Origin: Ruminococcaceae bacterium UBA1036
GTDB taxonomy: Bacteria > Bacillota > Clostridia > Oscillospirales > Acutalibacteraceae
Length of the DNA stretch: 64,000 bases
Assembly (NCBI GenBank): GCA_002316805.1
Contig: DCEF01000010.1
Location: 137,687 to 201,686, forward strand
Direction of reading: 5' to 3'
Shown here piece after piece: positions 10,781-19,714 of the stretch. The notes under the pieces were generated by a model, which saw only the letters and a list, made by a program, of their open reading frames with translations, ran no database searches and had not been told where the DNA came from. The position numbers and the translations under genes are program-made. The stretch's first letter is position 1. Each line of letters opens with the position of its first letter.

Positions 10781-12806
10781 ACTTGCTCTGAAAAACGCCA
10801 GAAAAAGCATGAAGGACTATACCATCTTTTTCCTTACCGTAGCATTCGGCGTATGCCTTTTCTATATGTTCAACTCGCTTGACGCGCAAACCGCCATGAT
10901 GCAGCTGAACCAATCAAAATACAGCATGATTCAGCAGCTTATCCAGATTATTTCCGGTATTTCCATATTTGTGGCTGTGATACTCGGCTTTCTTATTATT
11001 TACGCCAACCGTTTTTTAATCAAGCGCAGAAAAAAGGAAATTGGGCTTTACATGACGCTCGGCATGGGGCGCGGAAAGATTTCGCGCCTGCTTAGCCTTG
11101 AAATGTTCCTGATTGCCCTGCTGGCCCTCGCCGTGGGGCTTGTGGCCGGTGTTTTCCTCTCACAGGGGCTAAGTGTGCTCACAGCGAAGATGTTCCAGAC
11201 AAACCTTACGTCATTCCGGTTAATTTTTTCTGCTGGCGCATGTCGCAAGACACTGCTCTATTTCGGCATTATGTTTCTCATCGTTTTGATTTTCAACGCA
11301 GCTTCCGTTTCACGTTTGGAACTGATTGATCTGCTGACAGCCGGAAAGAAAAACGAGACGCTAAAAATCCGGAAGCTCTGGATTTCCGTTGTCGGATTCA
11401 TTGCCGCCGCCGTATGCCTTGTGACTGCCTATGTCCTTATCATTCAAAACGGAATGATGAGCCTTGACTGGAAGTTTAAATCATCCATCGTCCTGGGCAT
11501 TGTAGGGACTTTCCTGTTTTTCTTCTCCCTTTCCGGATTTCTGCTGCGCTCGGTGCAGTCAAACAAGCGTGTCTACTACAAAGGGCTCAATATGTTCATC
11601 CTACGTCAGTTCAACAGCAAAATCAATACGACGTTCGTCTCCGTCTCCATCATCTGCCTGATGCTTCTCATTACCATCTGCACGCTTTCTTCCGGAATCG
11701 GGGTTGCCAGCTCCATCGCACAAATCACAAATGGCCTCACCCCATATGATGTTTCTCTTTCACGCTATGTGCAGGATACAGGTAGCCTGCAAAACACCGA
11801 TATGGCGGAAAAGCTGAAAAGCGACGGCGTCGACCTCAACAAATACGCCTCCGATTATGTTGAAACAAATTATTACGAGCTCAGCATAAAGCTCGGCGAC
11901 CTTCCTTTTACAGAAAAAGACATAGCCGAAATAACACAAAGCCGCAAAGCGCTGATCGATCAGTTCAAAAGTTCGCACCTCAATGCCATAACGCTCAGCA
12001 GCTACAACCACCTTGCCAAGATGCAGGGCAAAAAAGAACTTGTACTGAAGGGAAACCAGTTTGCCATTGTAGGTACCGCCGATAAAATGAAAGCCCCGAT
12101 GAACCGTTTTCTTCAGAACGGGCTCACACTTTCCGTCAACGGGAAAAAATTTCAGCCGGCTGAAAAGCAGGTCATCTCAATGGGGCTTGTTGTCGGCGAC
12201 AACAGTATGGATGCCGTCCTGCCGGACGATGCAGGAAAAGGCTGTCCGGTAAAAACACAGGTGCTCTGCATGAACTATAAACATGGAGTTACAGACAGCA
12301 CATTCATTAAGCTCCTTGACAGTATTTATTCAAAAGATGCAAAAGGCAAAACAACGCCCGCTTATAGTTCACAGATAACGAAACAGCAGATTATCGATGA
12401 GAGCGCCGGCATCAGTGTCACCTCTTCATATGTGGCCATTTATATCAGCCTTGTGTTCCTCATAGCAGGCGCCGCAATACTTGCCCTTCAGCAGCTTTCA
12501 GAGTCTTCGGACAATGCGGAACGCTACTCGCTTCTGCGCAAGCTCGGCACCGATGAGAAAATGCTAAACCACGCACTGTTTACGCAGATTGGCCTGTATT
12601 TTCTGCTCCCGCTTCTGCTCGCCATTGTCCATTCCGTCGTAGGGATCAGCGTGGTAAACCATGCGATTTTTTACAATGGCCATTACGACATCACACAGTC
12701 TTCCTTTCTCACTGTGCTGATTTTTGCCGTTGTTTACGGAGGATATTTCCTTGCAACTTATTTTGGAAGCAAGGGTATCCTGCGGCAGAAAGCAGAAAAT
12801 ACCTAA
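10770..12806 (+). CDS. FtsX-like ABC permease, BceB-like (antimicrobial peptide resistance)
   Basis: About 10 TM helices, large extracellular domain, RRKKEIGLY..LGM and YSLLRKLG motifs. Confidence 0.92.
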   Translation: MFYKLALKNARKSMKDYTIFFLTVAFGVCLFYMFNSLDAQTAMMQLNQSKYSMIQQLIQIISGISIFVAVILGFLIIYANRFLIKRRKKEIGLYMTLGMGRGKISRLLSLEMFLIALLALAVGLVAGVFLSQGLSVLTAKMFQTNLTSFRLIFSAGACRKTLLYFGIMFLIVLIFNAASVSRLELIDLLTAGKKNETLKIRKLWISVVGFIAAAVCLVTAYVLIIQNGMMSLDWKFKSSIVLGIVGTFLFFFSLSGFLLRSVQSNKRVYYKGLNMFILRQFNSKINTTFVSVSIICLMLLITICTLSSGIGVASSIAQITNGLTPYDVSLSRYVQDTGSLQNTDMAEKLKSDGVDLNKYASDYVETNYYELSIKLGDLPFTEKDIAEITQSRKALIDQFKSSHLNAITLSSYNHLAKMQGKKELVLKGNQFAIVGTADKMKAPMNRFLQNGLTLSVNGKKFQPAEKQVISMGLVVGDNSMDAVLPDDAGKGCPVKTQVLCMNYKHGVTDSTFIKLLDSIYSKDAKGKTTPAYSSQITKQQIIDESAGISVTSSYVAIYISLVFLIAGAAILALQQLSESSDNAERYSLLRKLGTDEKMLNHALFTQIGLYFLLPLLLAIVHSVVGISVVNHAIFYNGHYDITQSSFLTVLIFAVVYGGYFLATYFGSKGILRQKAENT

Positions 12807-12832
12807 AAGTAAATTTAGAATAAACATTACAC

Positions 12833-12876
12833 AACCGTCTGCCACCGACATTTCAAGTGGCATGCGGTTTTTATTT
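12833..12876 (+). terminator. Intrinsic terminator after the permease
   Basis: AACCGTCTGCCAC...GTGGCATGCGGTT followed by TTTATTT. Confidence 0.7.
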
Positions 12877-12878
12877 GC

Positions 12879-12907
12879 TTGACCATTTCTATGATTGCTT
12901 TTATAAT
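12879..12907 (+). promoter_or_regulatory. Sigma-A promoter of the dehydratase-family operon
   Basis: TTGACC-17 bp-TATAAT. Confidence 0.75.
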
Positions 12908-12971
12908 TAAAATAATTTGCAGGAGGATGATTTTACAGAAAATCAAATAGAAACTGCAGAGTGGTGAAAAA

Positions 12972-14249
12972 ATGAATCCCGCAGAATTTTATGGCGGCAT
13001 TATAAGGAAGAAAATCCCGAAAAATCCAAAGCTGGCGGGCAATATGATAAAAGCGGGCCTTCATCTTGAATCGTTCCGCTGTGCACATTTCCCCGAAAAA
13101 GAAATGCCAAAAGCATACCAATACCTTAATTATATGGCGGTCAAAGTCGTGGCAGACGCCCTCGAAAATTCTGAAACATACGTCTGGACAAATATTTTTG
13201 CTCCGGCAGAGCTGCTTCAGACATTTGGCATGACGTGCGTCTCCATGGAATGCCTCGCATCTTACCTTTCCGGGTTCTACCTGGAAGATTATTTCATCGA
13301 CCTTGCCGAAAACCAAGGCATAGCATCAACGCTGTGCTCCTACCATAAAAATTTCATCGGTGCGGCGTCTGCAGGCATACTTCCCGACCCCATACTCGGC
13401 GTCACTACATCAATGATATGCGACGGCAACATAAATACTTTCCGCTACTTAAACAGCCAATGCGGCGTGCCGTGCTTTATAATAGATATCCCGCACAGCT
13501 GGTCGCCCGAAGCGGAAAATTACGTTGTGCGCCAGCTTAAGCAACTTATTCCTGTGCTGGAAGAAAAGTCCGGTAAAAAGTATGATGAAGACGCACTTAA
13601 GGAAACGCTTAAAAGGGAAAACGAATCAAAAAAGCATTTCTTTAGTGCCCTGCAAAAGCGTCTGGTTCACGCATACCCAAACACGATGACGCTTGTTTTG
13701 TTTCTCCTCCTTGCTACACATCTTAATATGGGTTCACAGTGGGTGCTCGATTTTTTCCGTATGCTGGATAAAGAAATTGGTACGTATCCGTCACCGAAAA
13801 ACGAAAAGCGCCTCATGTGGATACATCTTACCCCTTACACTGAACCCACGCTCAGTAAATATCTTAATTACAACCCTAAGTACGCTATTGTCTGTGACGA
13901 TTTTAACCTCGATTATACTGAGATGCTCGACACAGAGTATCCCCTGCACGCACTCGCAAAAAAGATGATATGCAACATATACAATGGCGACTTCAGTCGC
14001 AAGGCCGATGCGTGCGCCGCCTATGCCCAAAAATACAACTGCGACGGGGTAGTTGAGTTCTGCCACTGGGGCTGCAAGCAGTCCTGCGGAGGTGCGCTAC
14101 TTATAAAGGACAAAATGAGAAAAATCGGTAAGCCAATGCTTATACTCGACGGCGACGCGCTTGACCGGCGCAACAACCACGACGGGCAGATACGCACGCG
14201 TTTCGAGGCATTCCTCGAAGTGCTTGAGAATGGACAGGGGGCAATTTGA
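12972..14249 (+). CDS. 2-hydroxyacyl-CoA dehydratase family Fe-S subunit (HgdA/HadB/FldB-like)
   Basis: TLCSYHK, SMICDGN, IDIP, DGVVEFCHWGC, LILDGD, GQIRTRFEAFLE. Confidence 0.85.
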   Translation: MNPAEFYGGIIRKKIPKNPKLAGNMIKAGLHLESFRCAHFPEKEMPKAYQYLNYMAVKVVADALENSETYVWTNIFAPAELLQTFGMTCVSMECLASYLSGFYLEDYFIDLAENQGIASTLCSYHKNFIGAASAGILPDPILGVTTSMICDGNINTFRYLNSQCGVPCFIIDIPHSWSPEAENYVVRQLKQLIPVLEEKSGKKYDEDALKETLKRENESKKHFFSALQKRLVHAYPNTMTLVLFLLLATHLNMGSQWVLDFFRMLDKEIGTYPSPKNEKRLMWIHLTPYTEPTLSKYLNYNPKYAIVCDDFNLDYTEMLDTEYPLHALAKKMICNIYNGDFSRKADACAAYAQKYNCDGVVEFCHWGCKQSCGGALLIKDKMRKIGKPMLILDGDALDRRNNHDGQIRTRFEAFLEVLENGQGAI

Positions 14250-15962
14250 TTGATTGGCTATGTCTGCAAATATACACCTGTAGAAATGCTCGAATCGATG
14301 GGTGCCGAAATGGTGCGTATTGAGCCTGAGGTAACGGATTTTGACTTGGCGGACGCTGCCCTCCACCCAAATCTCTGCTCTTATGCTAAAGCTGTCCTCG
14401 AAGATTTCGCACAGAAAGATTACGACGGCATTGTTCTTACTACATGCTGCGATTCCGTAAGGCGGCTGTATGACGTTTTGCACAGCCGCTATCCAGATAA
14501 ATTTATTTACCTTCTTGACTTTCCGCGCATGGCAAATGATTTTTCTGCCAGTCTCTTTGAATCTCAGATTAAGAAGCTCGCAGAATCCTATCAAAATTTT
14601 TCAGCGAATAAATTCAACGCCGATATTTTCAGAAAAAAGATGCCCGGCTGCCACGGCAAAATAAATGTGAACCGTGGAATCAACAATTCCGGTCGCCCTT
14701 CAGTCATCATAGCAGGCGCGCGCTGTGACAGGCCGTTTCTGGATATAGTGCAGGAAAGCGGAGCATATATCTTATCCGACATAACATGCACAGGGCTCGA
14801 ACGGAAATTCAGCACAACCGATATGCCGGAAAACAGCGGCCAGCTGCTCAGGTCCTACGCCGGGCAGCTTTTATGCCAAGTGCCATGCATGCGCATGACA
14901 GACCTTTCGAGGCGCAAAAAGCTATGGCAACAGCTTACGCAGAAAGCTGACGGCATTATTTACCACACAGTAAAATTCTGCGACAATTATTCTTTCGAAT
15001 ATGCAGCCATACGCCGTAAAGCGGGTATCCCAGTCCTTAAGGTCGAAACAGATACAACGCCTCAGTGCGAAGGCCAGTTGCGCACACGCATTGAAGCATT
15101 TCTGGAATCGCTCCGCGCTAATAAAAAGCATCAGGGCGAAAGCACCGACAAAAGCAGTGAAAACAATAAAAGGAATAAAGTCTATGTCCTTGGCATTGAC
15201 AGTGGCTCAACCTCAACAAATGCAGTCATTATTGACGGGGAAAAACATATCATAGCCGATGACACTATCCCGACCGGCGCAAAAGTTTCGGAGTCCGCCG
15301 AAAAAATACGCAGTAAAGTCACTTCCAAAGCAGGGCTTGCGGAAAAAGACATAACCATGACCGTAACAACAGGCTACGGGCGCGTTTCTATACCGTTTGC
15401 AGACAGGAACGTTACCGAAATCTCATGCCACGGCAAAGGCGCACAATATTTTAACCCTAACGTGCGCACTATCCTCGATATCGGCGGGCAGGATTCCAAG
15501 GCAATACGGCTCAATGGCAAAGGCGAAGTAGCCGATTTTGTTATGAACGACAAGTGCGCCGCCGGGACCGGACGGTTCCTTGAAGCAATGGCGCGCACAC
15601 TTGAGCTCGATGTTTCAGAGCTCGGCCCTGTTTCCATGAAATCCACAAAAGCCGTCGCTATAAGCTCAATGTGTACTGTTTTCGCTGAGTCTGAAGTAAT
15701 ATCGCTTATTGCGCAGAATAAAGAAAAGGCGGATATCGTCCACGGCATACACAACGCCATTGCCGGCAAGGCATTCTCGCTGCTCAGCCGCGTTGAGCCG
15801 CAGCCAGAGTATATGATGACCGGTGGTGTTGCACATAACGCCGGTGTTGTTAAGGCCGTAGAAGAAAAGCTTGGCGCAAAGCTTTTTATATGCCCTAAAC
15901 CTGAAATTGTAGGGGCCGTTGGTGCGGCATTGGCTGGGCTGGAGGAAGTGCTTTCTGGTTAA
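14250..15962 (+). CDS. Fusion: 2-hydroxyacyl-CoA dehydratase/DCCP-family Fe-S domain + HgdC/HadI-type ATP-dependent activator
   Basis: N-domain GYVCKYTP, NLCSY, TTCCD, ITCTG, PCMR, KFCDNY, GQLRTRIEAFLE; C-domain LGIDSGSTST, TTGYGR, EISCH, DIGGQDSK, MNDKCAAGTGRFLE, SMCTVFAESE, TGGVA. Confidence 0.88.
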   Translation: MIGYVCKYTPVEMLESMGAEMVRIEPEVTDFDLADAALHPNLCSYAKAVLEDFAQKDYDGIVLTTCCDSVRRLYDVLHSRYPDKFIYLLDFPRMANDFSASLFESQIKKLAESYQNFSANKFNADIFRKKMPGCHGKINVNRGINNSGRPSVIIAGARCDRPFLDIVQESGAYILSDITCTGLERKFSTTDMPENSGQLLRSYAGQLLCQVPCMRMTDLSRRKKLWQQLTQKADGIIYHTVKFCDNYSFEYAAIRRKAGIPVLKVETDTTPQCEGQLRTRIEAFLESLRANKKHQGESTDKSSENNKRNKVYVLGIDSGSTSTNAVIIDGEKHIIADDTIPTGAKVSESAEKIRSKVTSKAGLAEKDITMTVTTGYGRVSIPFADRNVTEISCHGKGAQYFNPNVRTILDIGGQDSKAIRLNGKGEVADFVMNDKCAAGTGRFLEAMARTLELDVSELGPVSMKSTKAVAISSMCTVFAESEVISLIAQNKEKADIVHGIHNAIAGKAFSLLSRVEPQPEYMMTGGVAHNAGVVKAVEEKLGAKLFICPKPEIVGAVGAALAGLEEVLSG

Positions 15963-16002
15963 ACTTGCGTGTTGGCTTTAATATTCAAGCATGAGAAAAA
16001 GC

Positions 16003-16031
16003 TTGCATTTAGCGTCTAAATCTGGTAGGAT
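16003..16031 (+). promoter_or_regulatory. Sigma-A promoter of rpmB
   Basis: TTGCAT-17 bp-TAGGAT with extended -10 TG. Confidence 0.6.
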
Positions 16032-16079
16032 ATAGATGTTACTTTGTAAAAGAAGCCTTTTAAAGGAGGTGCAGATAAA

Positions 16080-16268
16080 ATGGCAAAATGCGCAATATGC
16101 GGCAAAGAAGTTGCTTTCAGCAAACAGGTTTCCCACTCTCACAGGCGTTCGGGCAGGACTTGGAAAGCAAACGTAAGGCGTGTAAAAGCAATCGTTAACG
16201 GTTCCCCAAAGAAGATTTACGCCTGCACCCGCTGCCTTCGTTCAGGTAAGGTAAAGCGTGCTGTCTGA
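16080..16268 (+). CDS. rpmB: 50S ribosomal protein L28
   Basis: MAKCAICGK...VSHSHRRS.RTWKAN...CTRCLRSGKV; strong SD AAGGAGGTG. Confidence 0.96.
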   Translation: MAKCAICGKEVAFSKQVSHSHRRSGRTWKANVRRVKAIVNGSPKKIYACTRCLRSGKVKRAV

Positions 16269-16282
16269 TGAAATATGCAGAT

Positions 16283-16317
16283 TAGGGCAAAGTGCAATTG
16301 CACTTTGCCCTATTTTT
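16283..16317 (+). terminator. Terminator between convergent rpmB and plsY
   Basis: Perfect 30-bp palindrome TAGGGCAAAGTGCAATTGCACTTTGCCCTA followed by TTTTT. Confidence 0.8.
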
Positions 16318-16347
16318 ATAGCACCACTAAATTTGAGCAATGAAAAG

Positions 16348-17061
16348 CTACGCGTTTTTATGCTTAACCGTTATTTTTTTCTCTGTGCCATTTCTCAAAC
16401 GCTTAATATTCGCTTTATGCCTCCAGATCAGGATAACTGAAAAAAGAAACGCTATGGCAGTCGTTATCCATACATACAACATTGAATATGGGCCATAGGC
16501 GGATATCCTGTTGCAGTAATCATAATAGAAAAAGATAAAAGTAGAAAATGGGAACGACGCTGCCGCCAAAATAGATGAAATTGAAATTATCTTTGTTATA
16601 ATAAGCGTAACGATAAATACAGAAATCGCCACAACAAATATGCGCCAGTCAAGTACAAGCATAAGCGCAGAAGTTGAAAGGATACCCTTTCCTCCGCGGA
16701 ATCCAAAGTAAATCGGATAAATATGGCCTATTACACATGCAAATCCTGCAAGGAACACTCCATATTGAATATAATACGGCGGAAAACTATTTACCGCACA
16801 GGCATGCTGAAATATAGCCTTTCCAATCAGCGAGGCAACCACACATTTTGCAAAATCGCATATGGTTGTAAAAACAGCAGCTTTTGCCCCAACCGATCGA
16901 AGCACATTAGTCATGCCGGCATTCCCGCTACCCATGCTGCGGATATCGGAATTGCTGAACTTTTTGGTGAAAATAATCGAAAAGCTCATGCTTCCAATCA
17001 GATATGCAATCAGCACGGCTGCCAGAGCCGGCAGGGCAAGCGCCTCGAAGACCTTCCCCAT
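16348..17061 (-). CDS. plsY: Glycerol-3-phosphate acyltransferase PlsY
   Basis: YLIGS, DIRSMGSGNAGMTNVLR, GHIYPIYFGFRGGKG, HKANIKRL. Confidence 0.95.
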   Translation of the reverse strand: MGKVFEALALPALAAVLIAYLIGSMSFSIIFTKKFSNSDIRSMGSGNAGMTNVLRSVGAKAAVFTTICDFAKCVVASLIGKAIFQHACAVNSFPPYYIQYGVFLAGFACVIGHIYPIYFGFRGGKGILSTSALMLVLDWRIFVVAISVFIVTLIITKIISISSILAAASFPFSTFIFFYYDYCNRISAYGPYSMLYVWITTAIAFLFSVILIWRHKANIKRLRNGTEKKITVKHKNA

Positions 17062-17067
17062 ATTTCC

Positions 17068-18399
17068 TTATCCTCCCTGTTTTTCTCCGCGCTCACGCAC
17101 AACAAAGCAAATAGGTGTTCCGCTAAGGCCGAACGTTTCGCGGATAGTATTTTCCAGATAACGCTGATAAGAAAAATGAAATAGCTGTTTCGAGTTGACA
17201 AAGAATACAAAAGTCGGCGGTTTAGCGCTGACCTGCGTCATATAATAAATTTTCAGCCTCCTTCCCTTATCTGTTGGCGGCTGCACACGCGAAACAGCCT
17301 GTGACAGCACGTCGTTAAGTCTGCCTGTTGAAATGCGCATTGCATTTGACTTGGCAGCGCTGCAAACAGCTTCAAAAAGGTTATTTACACGCTGCCCAGT
17401 TTTCGCCGAAATAAAGATTATCTCAGCATAAGCCATAAATGAAAAATCCTGCTCAAGTTGCCTTCGGTAAAGCGACAAAGTGTGGCTGTCTTTTTCAATG
17501 GCGTCCCACTTATTTACGGCGATGACACAGCCTTTTCCGGCTTCGTGCGCAAGGCCGGCGACCTTTGAGTCCTGCTCCGTGAAGCCTTCTGTCCCGTCTA
17601 TCATGATAACGCATACATCGCTGCGGTCGATGGCCATCTGGGCGCGTAGCGTGCTGTAATGCTCAACAGCATCCTCTACACGGCTTTTACGCCTCAGGCC
17701 CGCCGTATCGGTAAGAAGAAACCGCCCTAACTGATTTTCAACAGTGATATCTACAGCGTCGCGTGTTGTTCCGGCCTGATTTGAAACAATGCAGCGGTCT
17801 TCGCCACAAATATAATTTACAAGCGACGATTTTCCAACATTAGGTTTACCTATGATGGCAACTTTGATTAAATCATTGCTGCTATCATCATTCTCTTCCG
17901 GCGGGAAGCGGCTTGTAACAGCATCAAGCAAATCGCCTGTTCCATGGCCATGGACAGATGAAACAGCAATAGGATCCCCAAGCGCAAGGTTGTAAAATTC
18001 ATAAAATTCTGCAGACGGCGCACCCACACTGTCGCACTTATTGACGCAGAGGATTATCGGCTTCCCGCTTTTGCGCAGCATAGAGGCAATCTCGCTGTCA
18101 GACGAAGTTACACCCGTGCGTATATCCGTAACAAAGACAATCACATCTGCAGCTTCTATAGCTAATTCAGCCTGCTCACGTATTTTCGAAAGGATCTCAT
18201 TTCCTTTGCCGGTGTCAATGCCGCCTGTGTCAGCAAGTGAAAAAGTGCGGCCATTCCACTCGCAGTCAGCATAGACTCTATCACGTGTAACACCGGGCGT
18301 ATCATTTACAATGGAAACACGCCGCCCAACAAGTTTATTGAAAAGTGTGGATTTTCCAACATTCGGCCTGCCAACTATAGCCACGACCGGTTTTGACAT
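17068..18399 (-). CDS. der: Ribosome biogenesis GTPase Der (EngA)
   Basis: Two G domains (GRPNVGKS, GKPNVGKS), DTGG/DTAG, NKCD/NKWD, KH-like C-terminus. Confidence 0.97.
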   Translation of the reverse strand: MSKPVVAIVGRPNVGKSTLFNKLVGRRVSIVNDTPGVTRDRVYADCEWNGRTFSLADTGGIDTGKGNEILSKIREQAELAIEAADVIVFVTDIRTGVTSSDSEIASMLRKSGKPIILCVNKCDSVGAPSAEFYEFYNLALGDPIAVSSVHGHGTGDLLDAVTSRFPPEENDDSSNDLIKVAIIGKPNVGKSSLVNYICGEDRCIVSNQAGTTRDAVDITVENQLGRFLLTDTAGLRRKSRVEDAVEHYSTLRAQMAIDRSDVCVIMIDGTEGFTEQDSKVAGLAHEAGKGCVIAVNKWDAIEKDSHTLSLYRRQLEQDFSFMAYAEIIFISAKTGQRVNNLFEAVCSAAKSNAMRISTGRLNDVLSQAVSRVQPPTDKGRRLKIYYMTQVSAKPPTFVFFVNSKQLFHFSYQRYLENTIRETFGLSGTPICFVVRERGEKQGG

Positions 18400-18465
18400 C
18401 CACGTCACTTCCTGTTCTAAATAATTAAATATTATGGTAATTTTTTAACTTTTATTATATATAAG

Positions 18466-18494
18466 ATTATGGCATGATTTTTTTGTTTCGTCAA
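18466..18494 (-). promoter_or_regulatory. Sigma-A promoter of der-plsY
   Basis: TTGACG-17 bp-CATAAT with extended TG. Confidence 0.65.
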
Positions 18495-18816
18495 GCAGAC
18501 AAAACAACCAAAAAAATAATTATCCAATGGCCAAGACATGGTTTTTAATTTGCGGGCAAAGCCCTATTATTTTTCTCGCATTTTCACATCCGTGCCAACA
18601 TAAATATTCCTGCACCAAAATTCTCTGCCATTTATAAAATACTCTGCTCCGATATTCATGTGAAATACAATATGATATTTGCAATTCCATTTTTGTGAGA
18701 TAAAATAAATGGACGCCATTCATGATTTTAAATGTCTTCCTTTGCTTTCTACACATTCGGCAAAAACATTTTACGAAACTACTTTTCTATAGAGTATAGA
18801 GTGGTTTTTCTAATAC

Positions 18817-18845
18817 AAAAAAAAGAAGGATGTACATCCTTCTTT
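18817..18845 (-). terminator. Intrinsic terminator after rpmF
   Basis: Perfect 24-bp palindrome AAAGAAGGATGTACATCCTTCTTT with a T-run on the minus strand. Confidence 0.75.
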
Positions 18846-18863
18846 CAAACAGCAGAAACAGGC

Positions 18864-19049
18864 TCAGGCATTCGTTGTCTTTATAACTTCTCTGCCTTTG
18901 TAATAGCCGCAATTACTGCATACTTTATGCGGGGCAGTCAGTTCTCCGCATTTTGGGCATTTTACCAATGCAGGCTCACTGATTTTCCATACATTGGAAC
19001 GTCTCTTGTTCTGCCTTGCGCTTGAAGTTTTTCTCTTTGGTACTGCCAT
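18864..19049 (-). CDS. rpmF: 50S ribosomal protein L32
   Basis: MAVPKRKTS...CPKCG...HKVCSNCGYY. Confidence 0.97.
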   Translation of the reverse strand: MAVPKRKTSSARQNKRRSNVWKISEPALVKCPKCGELTAPHKVCSNCGYYKGREVIKTTNA

Positions 19050-19092
19050 GTTCAGCACCTCCTCGCAAATTATATTTCAGGCAAATCAAAAA

Positions 19093-19587
19093 TTAGTGAA
19101 TAAGATTTTTCAGCATATCGAACCGCGTGTCGGTCTGCTGAACGTTGCAGCCGCATGGGCCATCGTTCAAGTTTTTACCACACACAGGGCAAATCCCCTT
19201 GCAGTCTTCTTTACACAGGAACTTTGTCGGAAGCTGTAGGAGGATATCTTCACGTGCCAGTTCATCAAGATTAAGCCGCTCATCATGCACTTCAACAAAA
19301 CGGTCATCATTGTCATTTTCAAGAGAAACGACAAGAGTATGCGAAAAAGGATAACACAACTCCTTTTCAATCTGCCTTGCGCACCGGTCACACGGAACTG
19401 AAAAATGAAACGACGCGGTGAATTTCAGCTCCGCAAAGCCGGATTTTCCCGTTACAGCTCCTTCAATTTTCACCGGTGACACAAATGGATGGACATTGTC
19501 TACCTCAACCTGAGACATATCCATTTCATACTTAAAAGGAAGCAAGCCACTCCGGTCAGCTAATATCTTTTTTAAATCAAGGATCAT
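19093..19587 (-). CDS. YceD/DUF177 family protein
   Basis: PCDRC, LCKEDCKGICPVCGKNLN; directly upstream of rpmF. Confidence 0.92.
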   Translation of the reverse strand: MILDLKKILADRSGLLPFKYEMDMSQVEVDNVHPFVSPVKIEGAVTGKSGFAELKFTASFHFSVPCDRCARQIEKELCYPFSHTLVVSLENDNDDRFVEVHDERLNLDELAREDILLQLPTKFLCKEDCKGICPVCGKNLNDGPCGCNVQQTDTRFDMLKNLIH

Positions 19588-19613
19588 ACCATACCTCGGC
19601 ACTACGTTTTTTA

Positions 19614-19642
19614 ATTATATCGGCAAAGTGCCTTTTTGTCAA
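19614..19642 (-). promoter_or_regulatory. Sigma-A promoter of yceD-rpmF
   Basis: TTGACA-17 bp-TATAAT. Confidence 0.88.
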
Positions 19643-19714
19643 TAGCATTCCACAAAACCACCAAATCCGCAAAATAGGCCGGAGCGCAAAACACCCCAGC
19701 TTAAGCGGCAAAAG

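Noticed and set aside
18414-18442. dif-like sequence GTTCTAAATAA-TTAAATA-TTATGGTAATT
   Set aside because: Central region is 7 bp rather than 6, the left arm is poor, it lies in the der 5' UTR, and gene strand bias does not switch here
18520-18756. 78-aa minus-strand ORF in the intergenic spacer
   Set aside because: No SD, no motif, atypical composition
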